Origin: a virus | Taxonomy: Duplodnaviria; Heunggongvirae; Uroviricota; Caudoviricetes | DNA length: 64,000 bases | IMG/VR virus record: IMGVR_UViG_2609459856_000007 | Span: 28,436-92,435 of that record | Direction: 5' to 3' (one strand) | Position numbers and translations under genes: made by a program | Part shown: positions 28,040-37,391 of the stretch, piece after piece | Layout: each line of letters begins with the position of its first letter | Numbering within the stretch: position 1 is the first letter of the stretch | Notes under the pieces: model-generated | Database searches by the model: none | Told to the model about the DNA's origin: nothing | Seen by the model: only the letters and a program-made list of their open reading frames with translations

Positions 28040-28423
28040 CGACTTGATTGCCTCAACAACCCGCTCCGACGCACCACGTTGGTCACCGAAACGTCGACGG
28101 AAGGCTTCCAGAACTAGTTTTTCATCTTTAGTCAGAGGGGCTGTGCCTTCGTCGCGAAAAAACGCTAACAGCTCTGGATGACGCTCTTCCAGCACCATTA
28201 GCATCAATCGGACCGAATCGGCATCCAATGCTTTAGCCAACGCTCTGACCTTGTCGATCGGAAGCGGGATTTTGCCGCTCTTGATAAGTGAAAGATTGTT
28301 AGGATTTTTATAGCCTGCTTCTTTCGCGATGGTCGCCTGGCTTTTCGGAGAAATCGCGATTAAAGCGTCAATGTAAGCAGCGTAGCGACCTACTTTAGCT
28401 TCTGTTATTTCGTTGGTAGCCAT
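28034..28423 (-). CDS. helix-turn-helix transcriptional regulator (XRE-like), possible repressor
   Basis: ATIAKEAGYKNPNNLSLIKSGK HTH; divergent from small ORF 28680. Confidence 0.6.
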   Translation of the reverse strand: MATNEITEAKVGRYAAYIDALIAISPKSQATIAKEAGYKNPNNLSLIKSGKIPLPIDKVRALAKALDADSVRLMLMVLEERHPELLAFFRDEGTAPLTKDEKLVLEAFRRRFGDQRGASERVVEAIKSL

Positions 28424-28455
28424 AATTATCAACCTGCGTGTTTTGATTTTATATG

Positions 28456-28469
28456 GTAAGTGCTTACTG
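28456..28469. promoter_or_regulatory. TAAGTG-CTTAC palindromic motif upstream of HTH gene
   Basis: ggtaagtgcttact. Confidence 0.35.
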
Positions 28470-28679
28470 ATATTACATCAAAGGTTAGTGTTGTAAAGAC
28501 TTATCTATTTTTTTTCGTAGAGTTATTGACCACAAAAGGCTTAATTAATAGACAACTATCTAAAAAACAACTCATTTAAGAACTTAAAACTAAGTTGTAT
28601 TTGATATATAAGTATTCCGTATTGATACAATAGGTAGTAGTATTGCAAGGCATTTACGTGTTCAGTTGGATGATATGAA

Positions 28680-28892
28680 ATGAAAAAAATAACTTCTAAT
28701 TTGATCGCCCTTGAGGTCGGACATACGGTTTCAATTGACGATGATGGGGCAGCAGCCATACTCACTGAACTGCCAACAAAGTCTTTGTTACTTGACATGA
28801 AAGACGCAACCGCATACATCTTTGAGCTAAAGGGCAAGTGCTTCACTCTCATCAATACCGGCTGCGGTTCAGTAGCCGTCCGCACTATTTAA
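28680..28892 (+). CDS. hypothetical small protein
   Basis: 70-aa ORF divergent from regulator gene. Confidence 0.3.
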   Translation: MKKITSNLIALEVGHTVSIDDDGAAAILTELPTKSLLLDMKDATAYIFELKGKCFTLINTGCGSVAVRTI

Positions 28893-29004
28893 CACCCCCC
28901 TCCCATCCTCTCTAGCGCCTGTACGAACAGATTAGATGCCTGTTCGTACAGTGATAAATTACGCACATCAGAAAACAAATTGTTTTAACAACAAGGAAAT
29001 TCTA

Positions 29005-29103
29005 ATGTCCAAAAAAACCACCAAAGCTGTACTGAAAGAGGTGCAGGATTTTCGCGACTGTGTAAAACGAGTTGTAGCGATGCTTTCAGGTAAACAGATA
29101 TGA
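29005..29103 (+). CDS. 32-aa ORF translationally coupled to vWA gene
   Basis: RBS AAGGAAA; stop TGA overlaps ATG of 29100 gene. Confidence 0.3.
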   Translation: MSKKTTKAVLKEVQDFRDCVKRVVAMLSGKQI

Positions 29104-30650
29104 AAGACAAGCCAGAGGGCAAATTACCAGAACTTAAATCATCTGCCAGAAAGCCGTCGGAGAGCAAAGACGAGTCCGAGGAAACGCCAGAATCAGGTGA
29201 CGAGCCGTCTCATGGTGACTCTGCATCTAAGCCTGCCAAAGGCGAAGGCGATGACAAGGAAGAACGAGAAGATGATGCATCAGAAGAGGAAGATTCTGGG
29301 GATTCCGATTTGCCTGATTCGTTAGATAAGGACTTACCTACACACGTTAAAGATATTAGTGATACAGAAAGTAAATATACAGAAGCAGGCCACGAAGAGT
29401 CAGGAGACACCCCAGAATCCGATGCTATCGGCATGAAATCAAGTGACTCTGACACCGATGGTGATGACGGTGAGGACTCCGATACTGATCGTGGGGAAAC
29501 TGAAGAAGACGTCGAAGGCAAAAAAAATAAAGATGGTGCGGAAGTGCCCAAAGACAGTGAGTCTGGCTTTGTTCCTGCGCCGGATGAAATGACTCTGGAG
29601 GAGGCGCTAAAGGCGCTCGACGAGATGGAAGACGGAATCGGTGAAATGACCGAAGACGCACTGTCGGCCACCATCAGCAAAGAGCTTATGAGCGTCTCAC
29701 CTTCTGATTATCGGCCATACGATCGATCATACGACTTTATCGGGTTGATTGATGGAGCCGAAGAGCATGTGAAGCGCACCAGAAAGACGTTCGGTGCAAT
29801 ACCAATGCACTCACCAGTCGACCGCTACCGTATGGTGCCAGAAGGCAGAAAACTCTTTGAACTGAAAATCGAAAAACATCTGTCTGCAGGCGTTTCTTCG
29901 ACGCTGGCCAAAGACCTGGAGCGGGCCATCGCCAGCCGCAACCGAGTTCAGTTTATACCTGGTCAGAGGCGTGGGCGGATACATGGCGCGAGCCTGTATC
30001 GTCTGGCAATGAACGACGACCGAGTGTTCCGCAAGAAGGAAGACCATAGAGCGGTGAACGCGTGTGTCCAGCAGGTCATCGACTTGTCCGGCTCAATGGA
30101 TGGCGTGAAGATTCAACTGGCCCTAGCCAGTGCCTATACCATTGCGGATGCTTTAGATCGTATCAATGTCCCCAACATCATCACCGGCTTTACCACGTTC
30201 GGTAGCCCAGATTATGAAACCAGGTCGAAGCGCGGGTTTACACGCTTCGAGGCGCTCATGCTGCCCATTATCAAAAACTGGAATGAGAAAGCAAACTCTC
30301 CAGAGATCCGTGCTCGCATGGGATGCGTATGTGAGACGTTCCCCCTGCTCAATAACGTCGATGGTGAGAGTGTCGCGCAACTGGCTACCCTGTTTGCAGG
30401 GCGAATGGAGGACAAAAAGATCATGCTGGTTATGAGTGATGGGGAGCCATGTGCTACAGGTAGTGGATTCCATCAGCATTTACGAACCGTCACCAAAGAA
30501 ATTGAGACCTTGAGCGACATCGAACTGATGGCTATCGGCATTCTGACCGACGAACCACGGCGTTACTACAAAAATTACGCACTGGTTAACAGTGTTGAAG
30601 AGTTAGGGCCGTCAGTCGTCACTGAGTTATCTCGTATCATTCTTGGGTAA
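29100..30650 (+). CDS. von Willebrand factor A domain protein (CobT-like)
   Basis: About 180-aa acidic N-terminal region; MIDAS-like DLSGSM; vWA fold. Confidence 0.75.
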   Translation: MKDKPEGKLPELKSSARKPSESKDESEETPESGDEPSHGDSASKPAKGEGDDKEEREDDASEEEDSGDSDLPDSLDKDLPTHVKDISDTESKYTEAGHEESGDTPESDAIGMKSSDSDTDGDDGEDSDTDRGETEEDVEGKKNKDGAEVPKDSESGFVPAPDEMTLEEALKALDEMEDGIGEMTEDALSATISKELMSVSPSDYRPYDRSYDFIGLIDGAEEHVKRTRKTFGAIPMHSPVDRYRMVPEGRKLFELKIEKHLSAGVSSTLAKDLERAIASRNRVQFIPGQRRGRIHGASLYRLAMNDDRVFRKKEDHRAVNACVQQVIDLSGSMDGVKIQLALASAYTIADALDRINVPNIITGFTTFGSPDYETRSKRGFTRFEALMLPIIKNWNEKANSPEIRARMGCVCETFPLLNNVDGESVAQLATLFAGRMEDKKIMLVMSDGEPCATGSGFHQHLRTVTKEIETLSDIELMAIGILTDEPRRYYKNYALVNSVEELGPSVVTELSRIILG

Positions 30651-30667
30651 TAGCTTTACCCTTAAAA

Positions 30668-30685
30668 ATAAGTAACTGCTTACTA
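30668..30685. promoter_or_regulatory. TAAGTA-n-CTTACT motif
   Basis: ataagtaactgcttacta. Confidence 0.35.
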
Positions 30686-30745
30686 TACAGCATAATATAT
30701 TTCTATAAGATATACCCCACAAACGACAAACAGTAAGGAAAAAAC

Positions 30746-31981
30746 ATGACCGCTACTGCACTACAGCAAGAAGAACATTTGCCGGAAGCCATCGTCTGCA
30801 AGTGGTGTGGCAAATCCTTTCATTACCTGAAATCCCATATCTCTATGGGCCGTTGCGAGAATATTCCTGAGTCTGCGAAGGGTCTGGACGTGGACGAAGT
30901 GGTGAAGATGTACACCTCTGCGTTTCCAGATGAACCAACGATCTCTCGCACGGCACTGGCCAAACTCAATGAGAAGCGTGCCGAAAAAAATTCATGCGAA
31001 GGAAAGGTAGCGGAGATTAGCGCACATCCGGGCTACGCAGGAACGGTCGAATACAAGACCGAACTGGTGGCCGCGCACGAGCTGCTTGGCGTAACGATCA
31101 AAGAGCTGGGAACGTCACGCGGAAAGCCACTACAGGTGACAGTCAACGTCAACACGCCCTATCCGGAGTTCGTACCGGAAGCGAAGAAAAACTATGTGTA
31201 TGGCGACTTCGACCTGATCAAAGACATCTTTATGATGCTGGAAATCGGAATCCCGGGTTATCTCTGGGGCCATGCAGGAACCGGTAAATCTTCTCTTCCT
31301 ACGCAGCTATGTGCCCTGCTAAATCGACCACTGATCCGCGCCCAGCATACGGCATCTATGGAGGAAGCGCACGTTACAGGCCAGATCCTCGCTCGCGATG
31401 GTTCCACCTATTTCGAACCGGGTTTACTAGCGCTGGCGATGAAAAATGGTTGGGTTTACCTCGCTGATGAATATGACTTCGCGTTCCCGCAGATTCTGGG
31501 TGTGTATCAGCCAGTTCTTGAAGGAGAGCCGCTGATCATCAAAGAGGCAACTGCGGACTGGCGCCGCATCACCCCGCATAAACGCTTTGCCTTCATTGGC
31601 ACTGGCAACACTAACGGCTCTGGCGACGAAACAGGTCTCTATCAAGGCACAAACATCCAGAACGCAGCGAACTTCTCGCGTTTTGGCATTGTTTCAAACG
31701 TGAAGTACATGAGTACGAAGGCAGAAGTCAACATGCTGGCTGAAGCAGGCGTCATCCGCGAATACGCCGAGAAGATGGTGAAGTTCGCGAATCTTATCCG
31801 TGAAGGTTATGAAAAGCATCAGATTAGCCAGCCAATCGGGCCTCGTGAGCTGCTGCTGTCCGCCAAAATCGGAATGATGCGCGGTGATTTCTCTGCCGGC
31901 ATCGAAAAGTCGTTTATCAATAAACTTCCATCCACGTCTGCACAGGCAGCGCGTGAAGTGGTTCAGAAGATCTTTGGTTAA
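30746..31981 (+). CDS. AAA+ ATPase, MoxR/CobS-like
   Basis: Walker [10 protein letters not shown], Walker B VYLADEYD; N-terminal [20 protein letters not shown] zinc-finger-like motif. Confidence 0.8.
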   Translation: MTATALQQEEHLPEAIVCKWCGKSFHYLKSHISMGRCENIPESAKGLDVDEVVKMYTSAFPDEPTISRTALAKLNEKRAEKNSCEGKVAEISAHPGYAGTVEYKTELVAAHELLGVTIKELGTSRGKPLQVTVNVNTPYPEFVPEAKKNYVYGDFDLIKDIFMMLEIGIPGYLWGHAGTGKSSLPTQLCALLNRPLIRAQHTASMEEAHVTGQILARDGSTYFEPGLLALAMKNGWVYLADEYDFAFPQILGVYQPVLEGEPLIIKEATADWRRITPHKRFAFIGTGNTNGSGDETGLYQGTNIQNAANFSRFGIVSNVKYMSTKAEVNMLAEAGVIREYAEKMVKFANLIREGYEKHQISQPIGPRELLLSAKIGMMRGDFSAGIEKSFINKLPSTSAQAAREVVQKIFG

Positions 31982-31983
31982 TC

Positions 31984-32385
31984 GTGCGTAACTGGCTAAT
32001 GAATGGCGGACAATGGTTCTTCATGCTGGACACTGATCAGGAAATATTAGCCTGGGCGCTGGTGGAGCTGGTAAAGCGTCTGCCCTATATCATTGAGTTG
32101 AACACCGGGCAAGAAACTATCGTTATAGCCCATGCCGACTATCCGGATAATGAATACCAATTCGGTAAGGAGGTGCCGCTTTTCAACGTTGTCTGGGCGC
32201 GCGAGCGTATCAGTGATTCGATGGATGATATTGGTGGCGAAATTTCGGGCGCAGATCGTTTTATCTTTGGTCACACTCCGGTGAAAAGCCCGAAGACATT
32301 CTGGAATCAGCAGTATATCGACACTGGTGCCGTATTTTGCGGAAACCTGACATTGATGAAAGTGAAAGGTGATGGTGCAGCATGA
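31984..32385 (+). pseudogene. ppp: 5'-truncated lambda-type Ser/Thr protein phosphatase (C-terminal half only)
   Basis: [10 protein letters not shown]...IVIAHADYP...FIFGHTP...[15 protein letters not shown] aligns to C-terminal half of lambda phosphatase; GDxHG/GDxxDR/GNHE motifs absent; GTG start 3 nt after AAA+ stop. Confidence 0.6.
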
Positions 32386-33083
32386 AGATTGCTTTAGTTT
32401 TTCGCTCTGGTGGTGACTATAACGCTTCCGATGTGCAGTGGCTGGTTAATCAACTGCCAAAAGGCTATGAAATTATTTGCCTGACAGACCTGAAGCGTTT
32501 ACATGTACCTGGCGTCAAAGTTGTCCCATTGATCAACCAGTGGCAAAAGTGCCGTGGCTGGTGGGCGAAAATAGAGTTGTTCCGACCGGATATAACCGAT
32601 GATCTGTTCTATCTGGATTTGGACACGGTTATTGCCGGTGATATACGCCCAATCCTAGAGCATCCACCAACCAGCTTCACCATGCTTAGGGATTTTTACC
32701 ATCCACAATATCGTGGCAGCGGTGCCCTGTGGATACCAAATAGTGTTAAAGCGCATATCTGGAGTTCATTCTGGCAAGATCCGGAAGGTTGGATTTCTCG
32801 TTGTGTCACTACTGAGTGCTGGGGTGACCAGGGGTTCTTACGAAAGGTTATGGGCGATGATACACCAGCATTTCAGGATCTGTATCCAGGATGGTTTGTA
32901 AGTTACAAGGCCGATGTTGTGGAACCTGGTTCAAAATATGCGAGCGCGCGTTACTCCAGGGGGAATGGGGCATTACCAAAAGACTGCCGAATAATCTTTT
33001 TCCACGGCAAACCGCGACCTCGCGAAGTGTCAGAGGATTGGCTTCCCCTTATCAGCTCATTTTTTGAGCGAGAATCAGAATAA
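32382..33083 (+). CDS. hypothetical protein, possible DxD glycosyltransferase-like
   Basis: [11 protein letters not shown] motif. Confidence 0.45.
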   Translation: MKIALVFRSGGDYNASDVQWLVNQLPKGYEIICLTDLKRLHVPGVKVVPLINQWQKCRGWWAKIELFRPDITDDLFYLDLDTVIAGDIRPILEHPPTSFTMLRDFYHPQYRGSGALWIPNSVKAHIWSSFWQDPEGWISRCVTTECWGDQGFLRKVMGDDTPAFQDLYPGWFVSYKADVVEPGSKYASARYSRGNGALPKDCRIIFFHGKPRPREVSEDWLPLISSFFERESE

Positions 33084-33111
33084 TATTACTCTAATAATTC
33101 CATATTTTTAA

Positions 33112-33141
33112 AACGTGATGTACGCTCATCACGTTTTTTAT
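33112..33141 (+). terminator. rho-independent terminator
   Basis: AACGTGATG-tacgct-CATCACGTT then TTTTTT. Confidence 0.6.
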
Positions 33142-33150
33142 TAGAGCAAT
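33134..33150. promoter_or_regulatory. C1-operator-like site
   Basis: Reverse complement ATTGCTCTAATAAAAAA vs P1 Op consensus ATTGCTCTAATAAATTT. Confidence 0.4.
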
Positions 33151-33164
33151 CTACAAGGTGCACT

Positions 33165-33383
33165 ATGTGGCCATTCCGACGGAAATATCACTACTGGCTG
33201 ATCGCCTTTGTTACGCCGACCGGCGGTATCAGGCATGTCATCACCAGGTATAGCAACAAGAGACTCACCTTAGCCAGAATTTTACAGGCTGCCATAGGTG
33301 AGGGACTGGATACAAATTGCGTAGTCCTTCCTCCTTCATACTTAGGAAAAATGACCGAAGCACAAGCTAATACGGAACTTTGA
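33165..33383 (+). CDS. hypothetical protein
   Basis: 72-aa ORF. Confidence 0.4.
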   Translation: MWPFRRKYHYWLIAFVTPTGGIRHVITRYSNKRLTLARILQAAIGEGLDTNCVVLPPSYLGKMTEAQANTEL

Positions 33384-33384
33384 A

Positions 33385-34647
33385 ATGATCACTTCAGCAC
33401 AAAACCAATCAATCGAAAATGTATCTATCCCTGACGTCCTGAATGCCGGTATCCCGGCCATTATCCAGAACATCCGGGCCGCGCAACGCCGCGTTAGTTG
33501 TGATGACCTCACAGCGCGTTTTTTTGATAATGCGGTTCAGTCAGCGGAGATGCTTCACGCACTGCTTATTGATGTTTATAACGCAGAAGCTGATAGCCAT
33601 AACTCCCTGGTAGATGCAGCTGAAAATATGCAGTTGGATCTCGGTCTGAAGGGTAAAGAAATTGAAGAGCTTCAGCTGGAAATTGAACATTTGAAACGCC
33701 AGCAACAGGACGCGATCGACGATGCGACGCATGACGCCAACCAGCGTGCTGATAATGCCGAACGTATAAGCATTGAGCTGGAAACAAAACTCAATGAAAT
33801 GACCGCGATGGTTGAACTGCGGAACTCACAGATTTCAACGCTAAAATCTCAATATAAAGAGATCATGAAACTTGATCCTTTTAACCTTGAGAAACGCTAT
33901 AACAAAGCTAAAAGCGAGCGACAGGAACTGCGTAAGCAGGTCGCCGACCTTAACCAACAGCTCAAAAAAACTATTAAAGATGCAAGCGAAGCGCGTGTGG
34001 CATTTGCTAATAAAAAAGCAGAGGTTACCGCGCTGGTTAATGAGAATGCCAAATTTGCGACGCTCAAGAAGGAAATGTATGGCATTACTGAGCGCCGTTT
34101 CCCTGCAAGCAAACTTCATCCGACGTTAGGGCAAATCTCCTTCTTCCCGCGCCTCCTGGCTTATGGGATCTCATCGCCTAAAGAGTTCAATAACGAGCGT
34201 CCTTATATCGTTTCTAAGCTGGGCTTTGCTTATCAGCTCTGCTGCGACATGGGCTATGCCATTGATATCCGGATCAATGAATGGTTGATGCCAAACTTCC
34301 AGCCGTTGGCCATTTTCCGCGAGTTCCAGCCGGAAGGTTGGGTAGAGTTCTTCCATGAATTGATCTGTAAAGAGATGGAAAGCCGCCGCCCGGAACTGGT
34401 CCGTCGAGTTGAGTGGGCGCAAGAGGTTATGTTGGCAGAGGCAGAGCTGCCGTTCGAACCGGAATTTATTGATGATCTGGCAGCTAAAGGGCTGCATACC
34501 CTGTTTGATGTGGTTACCCGCCGTCATGAGCAGTTGGTTGTCGAATTGGGTTTAGAGGAAACAGCGGCAAGAAGACTTCTCGATGTTTGCTATGCACGTA
34601 GCGATGCATGGGAAAAAGAGAACGGCGGCACTATTTACGTTCGCTGA
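33385..34647 (+). CDS. hypothetical coiled-coil protein
   Basis: Central long charged heptad-rich segment. Confidence 0.5.
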   Translation: MITSAQNQSIENVSIPDVLNAGIPAIIQNIRAAQRRVSCDDLTARFFDNAVQSAEMLHALLIDVYNAEADSHNSLVDAAENMQLDLGLKGKEIEELQLEIEHLKRQQQDAIDDATHDANQRADNAERISIELETKLNEMTAMVELRNSQISTLKSQYKEIMKLDPFNLEKRYNKAKSERQELRKQVADLNQQLKKTIKDASEARVAFANKKAEVTALVNENAKFATLKKEMYGITERRFPASKLHPTLGQISFFPRLLAYGISSPKEFNNERPYIVSKLGFAYQLCCDMGYAIDIRINEWLMPNFQPLAIFREFQPEGWVEFFHELICKEMESRRPELVRRVEWAQEVMLAEAELPFEPEFIDDLAAKGLHTLFDVVTRRHEQLVVELGLEETAARRLLDVCYARSDAWEKENGGTIYVR

Positions 34648-34720
34648 TAGTTACAGTGTCACTTTTAATGCTGGTGGAGTGCGTCCCACCAGCATTTTTT
34701 TCGTCCAATGAGGAGGGCAT

Positions 34721-34993
34721 TTGAGTATTTTCAATAAACACGCACACCAGGAACGTCCGTATATCGTCATAGTAGATATTGATGGGACGATAACTCCGGA
34801 TAGTTGGATAAGCTGTAGTGAGCGAATGCCCGCTCAAGATGATTGGATTTTAATTTATTCAAAGCACGGTGAGTATATGGCAGGACAGGTGCAAGGGGAA
34901 TACGTGGAGTTGAGCGATGGCACTTTATCGTGGTTAGGGAATGCCTTGTTCTGGATGCCGCTACCAGAACCGCCGCAGGAGGTGAATCAATGA
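34721..34993 (+). CDS. hypothetical protein
   Basis: 90-aa ORF. Confidence 0.4.
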   Translation: MSIFNKHAHQERPYIVIVDIDGTITPDSWISCSERMPAQDDWILIYSKHGEYMAGQVQGEYVELSDGTLSWLGNALFWMPLPEPPQEVNQ

Positions 34994-35073
34994 GCTGGCC
35001 TGAAGCATTCACCACGGTAGGAATTGTGATGGCGGCAGCACTGGGTTTGTATTCAATTTGTCGCTGGTGGTAA
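34990..35073 (+). CDS. 27-aa hydrophobic peptide ORF, translationally coupled
   Basis: MSWPEAFTTVGIVMAAALGLYSICRWW; ATGA overlap with upstream gene. Confidence 0.25.
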   Translation: MSWPEAFTTVGIVMAAALGLYSICRWW

Positions 35074-35075
35074 CG

Positions 35076-35309
35076 ATGGGAAAAATAACTTTTGTAGTCG
35101 AATTTGAGGATGGTAAAGAGCCACCTGTTAGCGCCAATCTTGATGTTGCTGGTGGCAGGCTTGTTTCGGTTCTATTTGGTGACTACCGAGATGATTTCTT
35201 CCAACCAGAAGAAGTTGATGTGGTGCGAGAGGCATTAAACGAGTTAAGTGTTGATAACGATGATGCTCATGCGGAAATCATCCAAAAAATGGAACTGCTA
35301 ACTCACTAA
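35076..35309 (+). CDS. hypothetical protein
   Basis: ORF track 35058..35309; ATG at 35076. Confidence 0.4.
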   Translation: MGKITFVVEFEDGKEPPVSANLDVAGGRLVSVLFGDYRDDFFQPEEVDVVREALNELSVDNDDAHAEIIQKMELLTH

Positions 35310-35400
35310 ATTATCAATTATGGTGCTATCACCTACGACACCAAGAGAAAATTTATAATGTCAAAAGTAAATGTTTTGATTTTTTCAGTAATTGTAGGTT

Positions 35401-35781
35401 TTGGTTTTTCTGCTGGAGTGCATATTTATATTACGTGGGAAAAAATCATCAACTACGTATGGAGTTGTTTTATTAAGTGAGGTAAGTATGTGGAGAGGTA
35501 ATAGTCATGGCAAAAGCCAGATGATACTTACCGAATATCAGTTTGACCATAAAACCAACAAATCACGTTCAGTATATTTGCTTCGGCACAATAGCCGCGT
35601 AAGGAATACCGTGCTGGAGCAAAATCTGACTGTTGAAATGGATAATTACGGGGGCTTCAAGCCAACAATTTCGCTTGATGATTTTCCTCGTGGTTTAAGC
35701 GAAAGAGAAGCAATGCTGAAATTAGCAGAATGGCTACAAAGATTAAGCATTGCTATTGAAGATAACTGGTCTGAACCTTAA
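35401..35781 (+). CDS. hypothetical protein
   Basis: 126-aa ORF; start uncertain. Confidence 0.4.
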   Translation: MVFLLECIFILRGKKSSTTYGVVLLSEVSMWRGNSHGKSQMILTEYQFDHKTNKSRSVYLLRHNSRVRNTVLEQNLTVEMDNYGGFKPTISLDDFPRGLSEREAMLKLAEWLQRLSIAIEDNWSEP

Positions 35782-35787
35782 ATTTAT

Positions 35788-36162
35788 ATGATGACACTAA
35801 AACATTATCTTGACCGCCCATTATGGACGGCAGCCGCAGGCTATGACTTTAATTATATGGATTGCATGTCTTATACCGCCAATGCATACGACCATTCCTT
35901 CAGTCTGCTGTTTAATTCTTTAAGAATATTGCCGCAAACAGAAGTTGGAGAGCTTCATTTATGGCTATTGGGCTTTATCGCGGCTGGAGTTGGTATTGCT
36001 GTATGGCCTTTTATTTTCTGGCTGGTGGCTGTTGTAGTGTGGTTTAAGTGCAAGACGTACCGGAAAAAGTATTTCTTAGGTGATGGAATGACTGATATTG
36101 CCAAAATGAACATTGAAAAATGGACTAAGGAATGTGAAAAGAAATGGCGCAAAAAGAAATGA
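35788..36162 (+). CDS. membrane protein
   Basis: TM LWLLGFIAAGVGIAVWPFIFWLVAVVVWF. Confidence 0.45.
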   Translation: MMTLKHYLDRPLWTAAAGYDFNYMDCMSYTANAYDHSFSLLFNSLRILPQTEVGELHLWLLGFIAAGVGIAVWPFIFWLVAVVVWFKCKTYRKKYFLGDGMTDIAKMNIEKWTKECEKKWRKKK

Positions 36163-36818
36163 CTACTCTAACGACAGCATACTTACAGCAATTGGTATTT
36201 TTTGCAGGCGAGGCTACTTGTCATCCTGACGCAAACTATTTATTGGAATTTGAGAGGTTAGCGTCACCCGGTATCGTTCTGGAACTGGCCCAACAGGTGC
36301 TGGCCTTAAGACAAAAAGAGCAACATGAAAGTAATACGTGTAGATTGAATTTTGAGCAGTGGCTGGAACAGCAACGCGGAAAAATCGATGTGGACTGTGG
36401 TTGTGTGTCCACTGAAACATTCATGCACTGGCTGCGGGTAGCTTACGAGGCTGGCAACTATCCGGATATTCCGGATAGTTCGGTGCCAGCGCCAGGAAAG
36501 GGCGTCACCGGTGAACGTATCCGCATTAAGCCGCATGTTTATCGCGAACTGGTTAACCGTCTCCACGATACAGCGATCAAGTGTGCTGGCACCCAGCAAT
36601 TACGAGAAAGAATTAGCCGTGTTTTGGGCGACGTTATTACGCCATATCATCATAAACAAGCTGAGAAAAGCGGTCTGGAAAGGTGTCATCTTGAGGCAGC
36701 ATTAAACATTAAGCCGGGGCATACGCTTGGCATTATTGATGCACTGTTGGTTCATAAGATGGCCAGGGCTTTATTGTCGTTGGTGGACGCTGGTGATACA
36801 AGCGAGGGTGAAGTATGA
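36144..36818 (+). CDS. hypothetical protein
   Basis: 224-aa ORF. Confidence 0.45.
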   Translation: MAQKEMTTLTTAYLQQLVFFAGEATCHPDANYLLEFERLASPGIVLELAQQVLALRQKEQHESNTCRLNFEQWLEQQRGKIDVDCGCVSTETFMHWLRVAYEAGNYPDIPDSSVPAPGKGVTGERIRIKPHVYRELVNRLHDTAIKCAGTQQLRERISRVLGDVITPYHHKQAEKSGLERCHLEAALNIKPGHTLGIIDALLVHKMARALLSLVDAGDTSEGEV

Positions 36819-37177
36819 GAGTTGCAGATCACATTAAACACCTTGAAAGAATTATCGAAAACGGTGAACTCTTAAGAGATCAGATGAGACGCACGGCAGA
36901 AGCCAGGGAGGCGATAATCCGCAGTCAGGCTGGTAAATTAAAGCAATTGTCAGAGATTAACACGCTATACAAGAACAGACGTAACCGGGCGGTGATGCGG
37001 CTTCAGAAAGCACGTAATGAAATTAAATTGGTGGAGGCAAAACTGAAAAAACAGATCCAGCGTTACGATCAGCAAGATGCTTTTTATGCCGCCATCAAGG
37101 CGGCTGCTAATGAAATAGGCATCTGGAAGTTGCTGGTGGAGAAAGCAAAGACGAAGTTAAATGCCAACGAAAGCTGA
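36815..37177 (+). CDS. hypothetical coiled-coil protein
   Basis: 120-aa ORF, ATGA overlap. Confidence 0.45.
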   Translation: MRVADHIKHLERIIENGELLRDQMRRTAEAREAIIRSQAGKLKQLSEINTLYKNRRNRAVMRLQKARNEIKLVEAKLKKQIQRYDQQDAFYAAIKAAANEIGIWKLLVEKAKTKLNANES

Positions 37178-37253
37178 ACTACAGGCGCCCACCAGCACAT
37201 ACAGAAAATGATTGTTTCCACATCAAGGAGATTTTAATGTTTCACTGAAACAT

Positions 37254-37391
37254 TAAGTAAGCCAGTGCATAATTCCATTTTTTACTGACCTTAAAAGCAA
37301 AATCAAAACGATGATGAGGATAATAGCCAGAATCTGGCTAATAATAGGCGCATCTAAAAATGCACTCAGGAACTGAAAAAAAGCGTTCATT
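37254..37391 (-). CDS. 45-aa hydrophobic peptide ORF
   Basis: MNAFFQFLSAFLDAPIISQILAIILIIVLILLLRSVKNGIMHWLT; isolated in about 1 kb gene-poor region. Confidence 0.25.
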
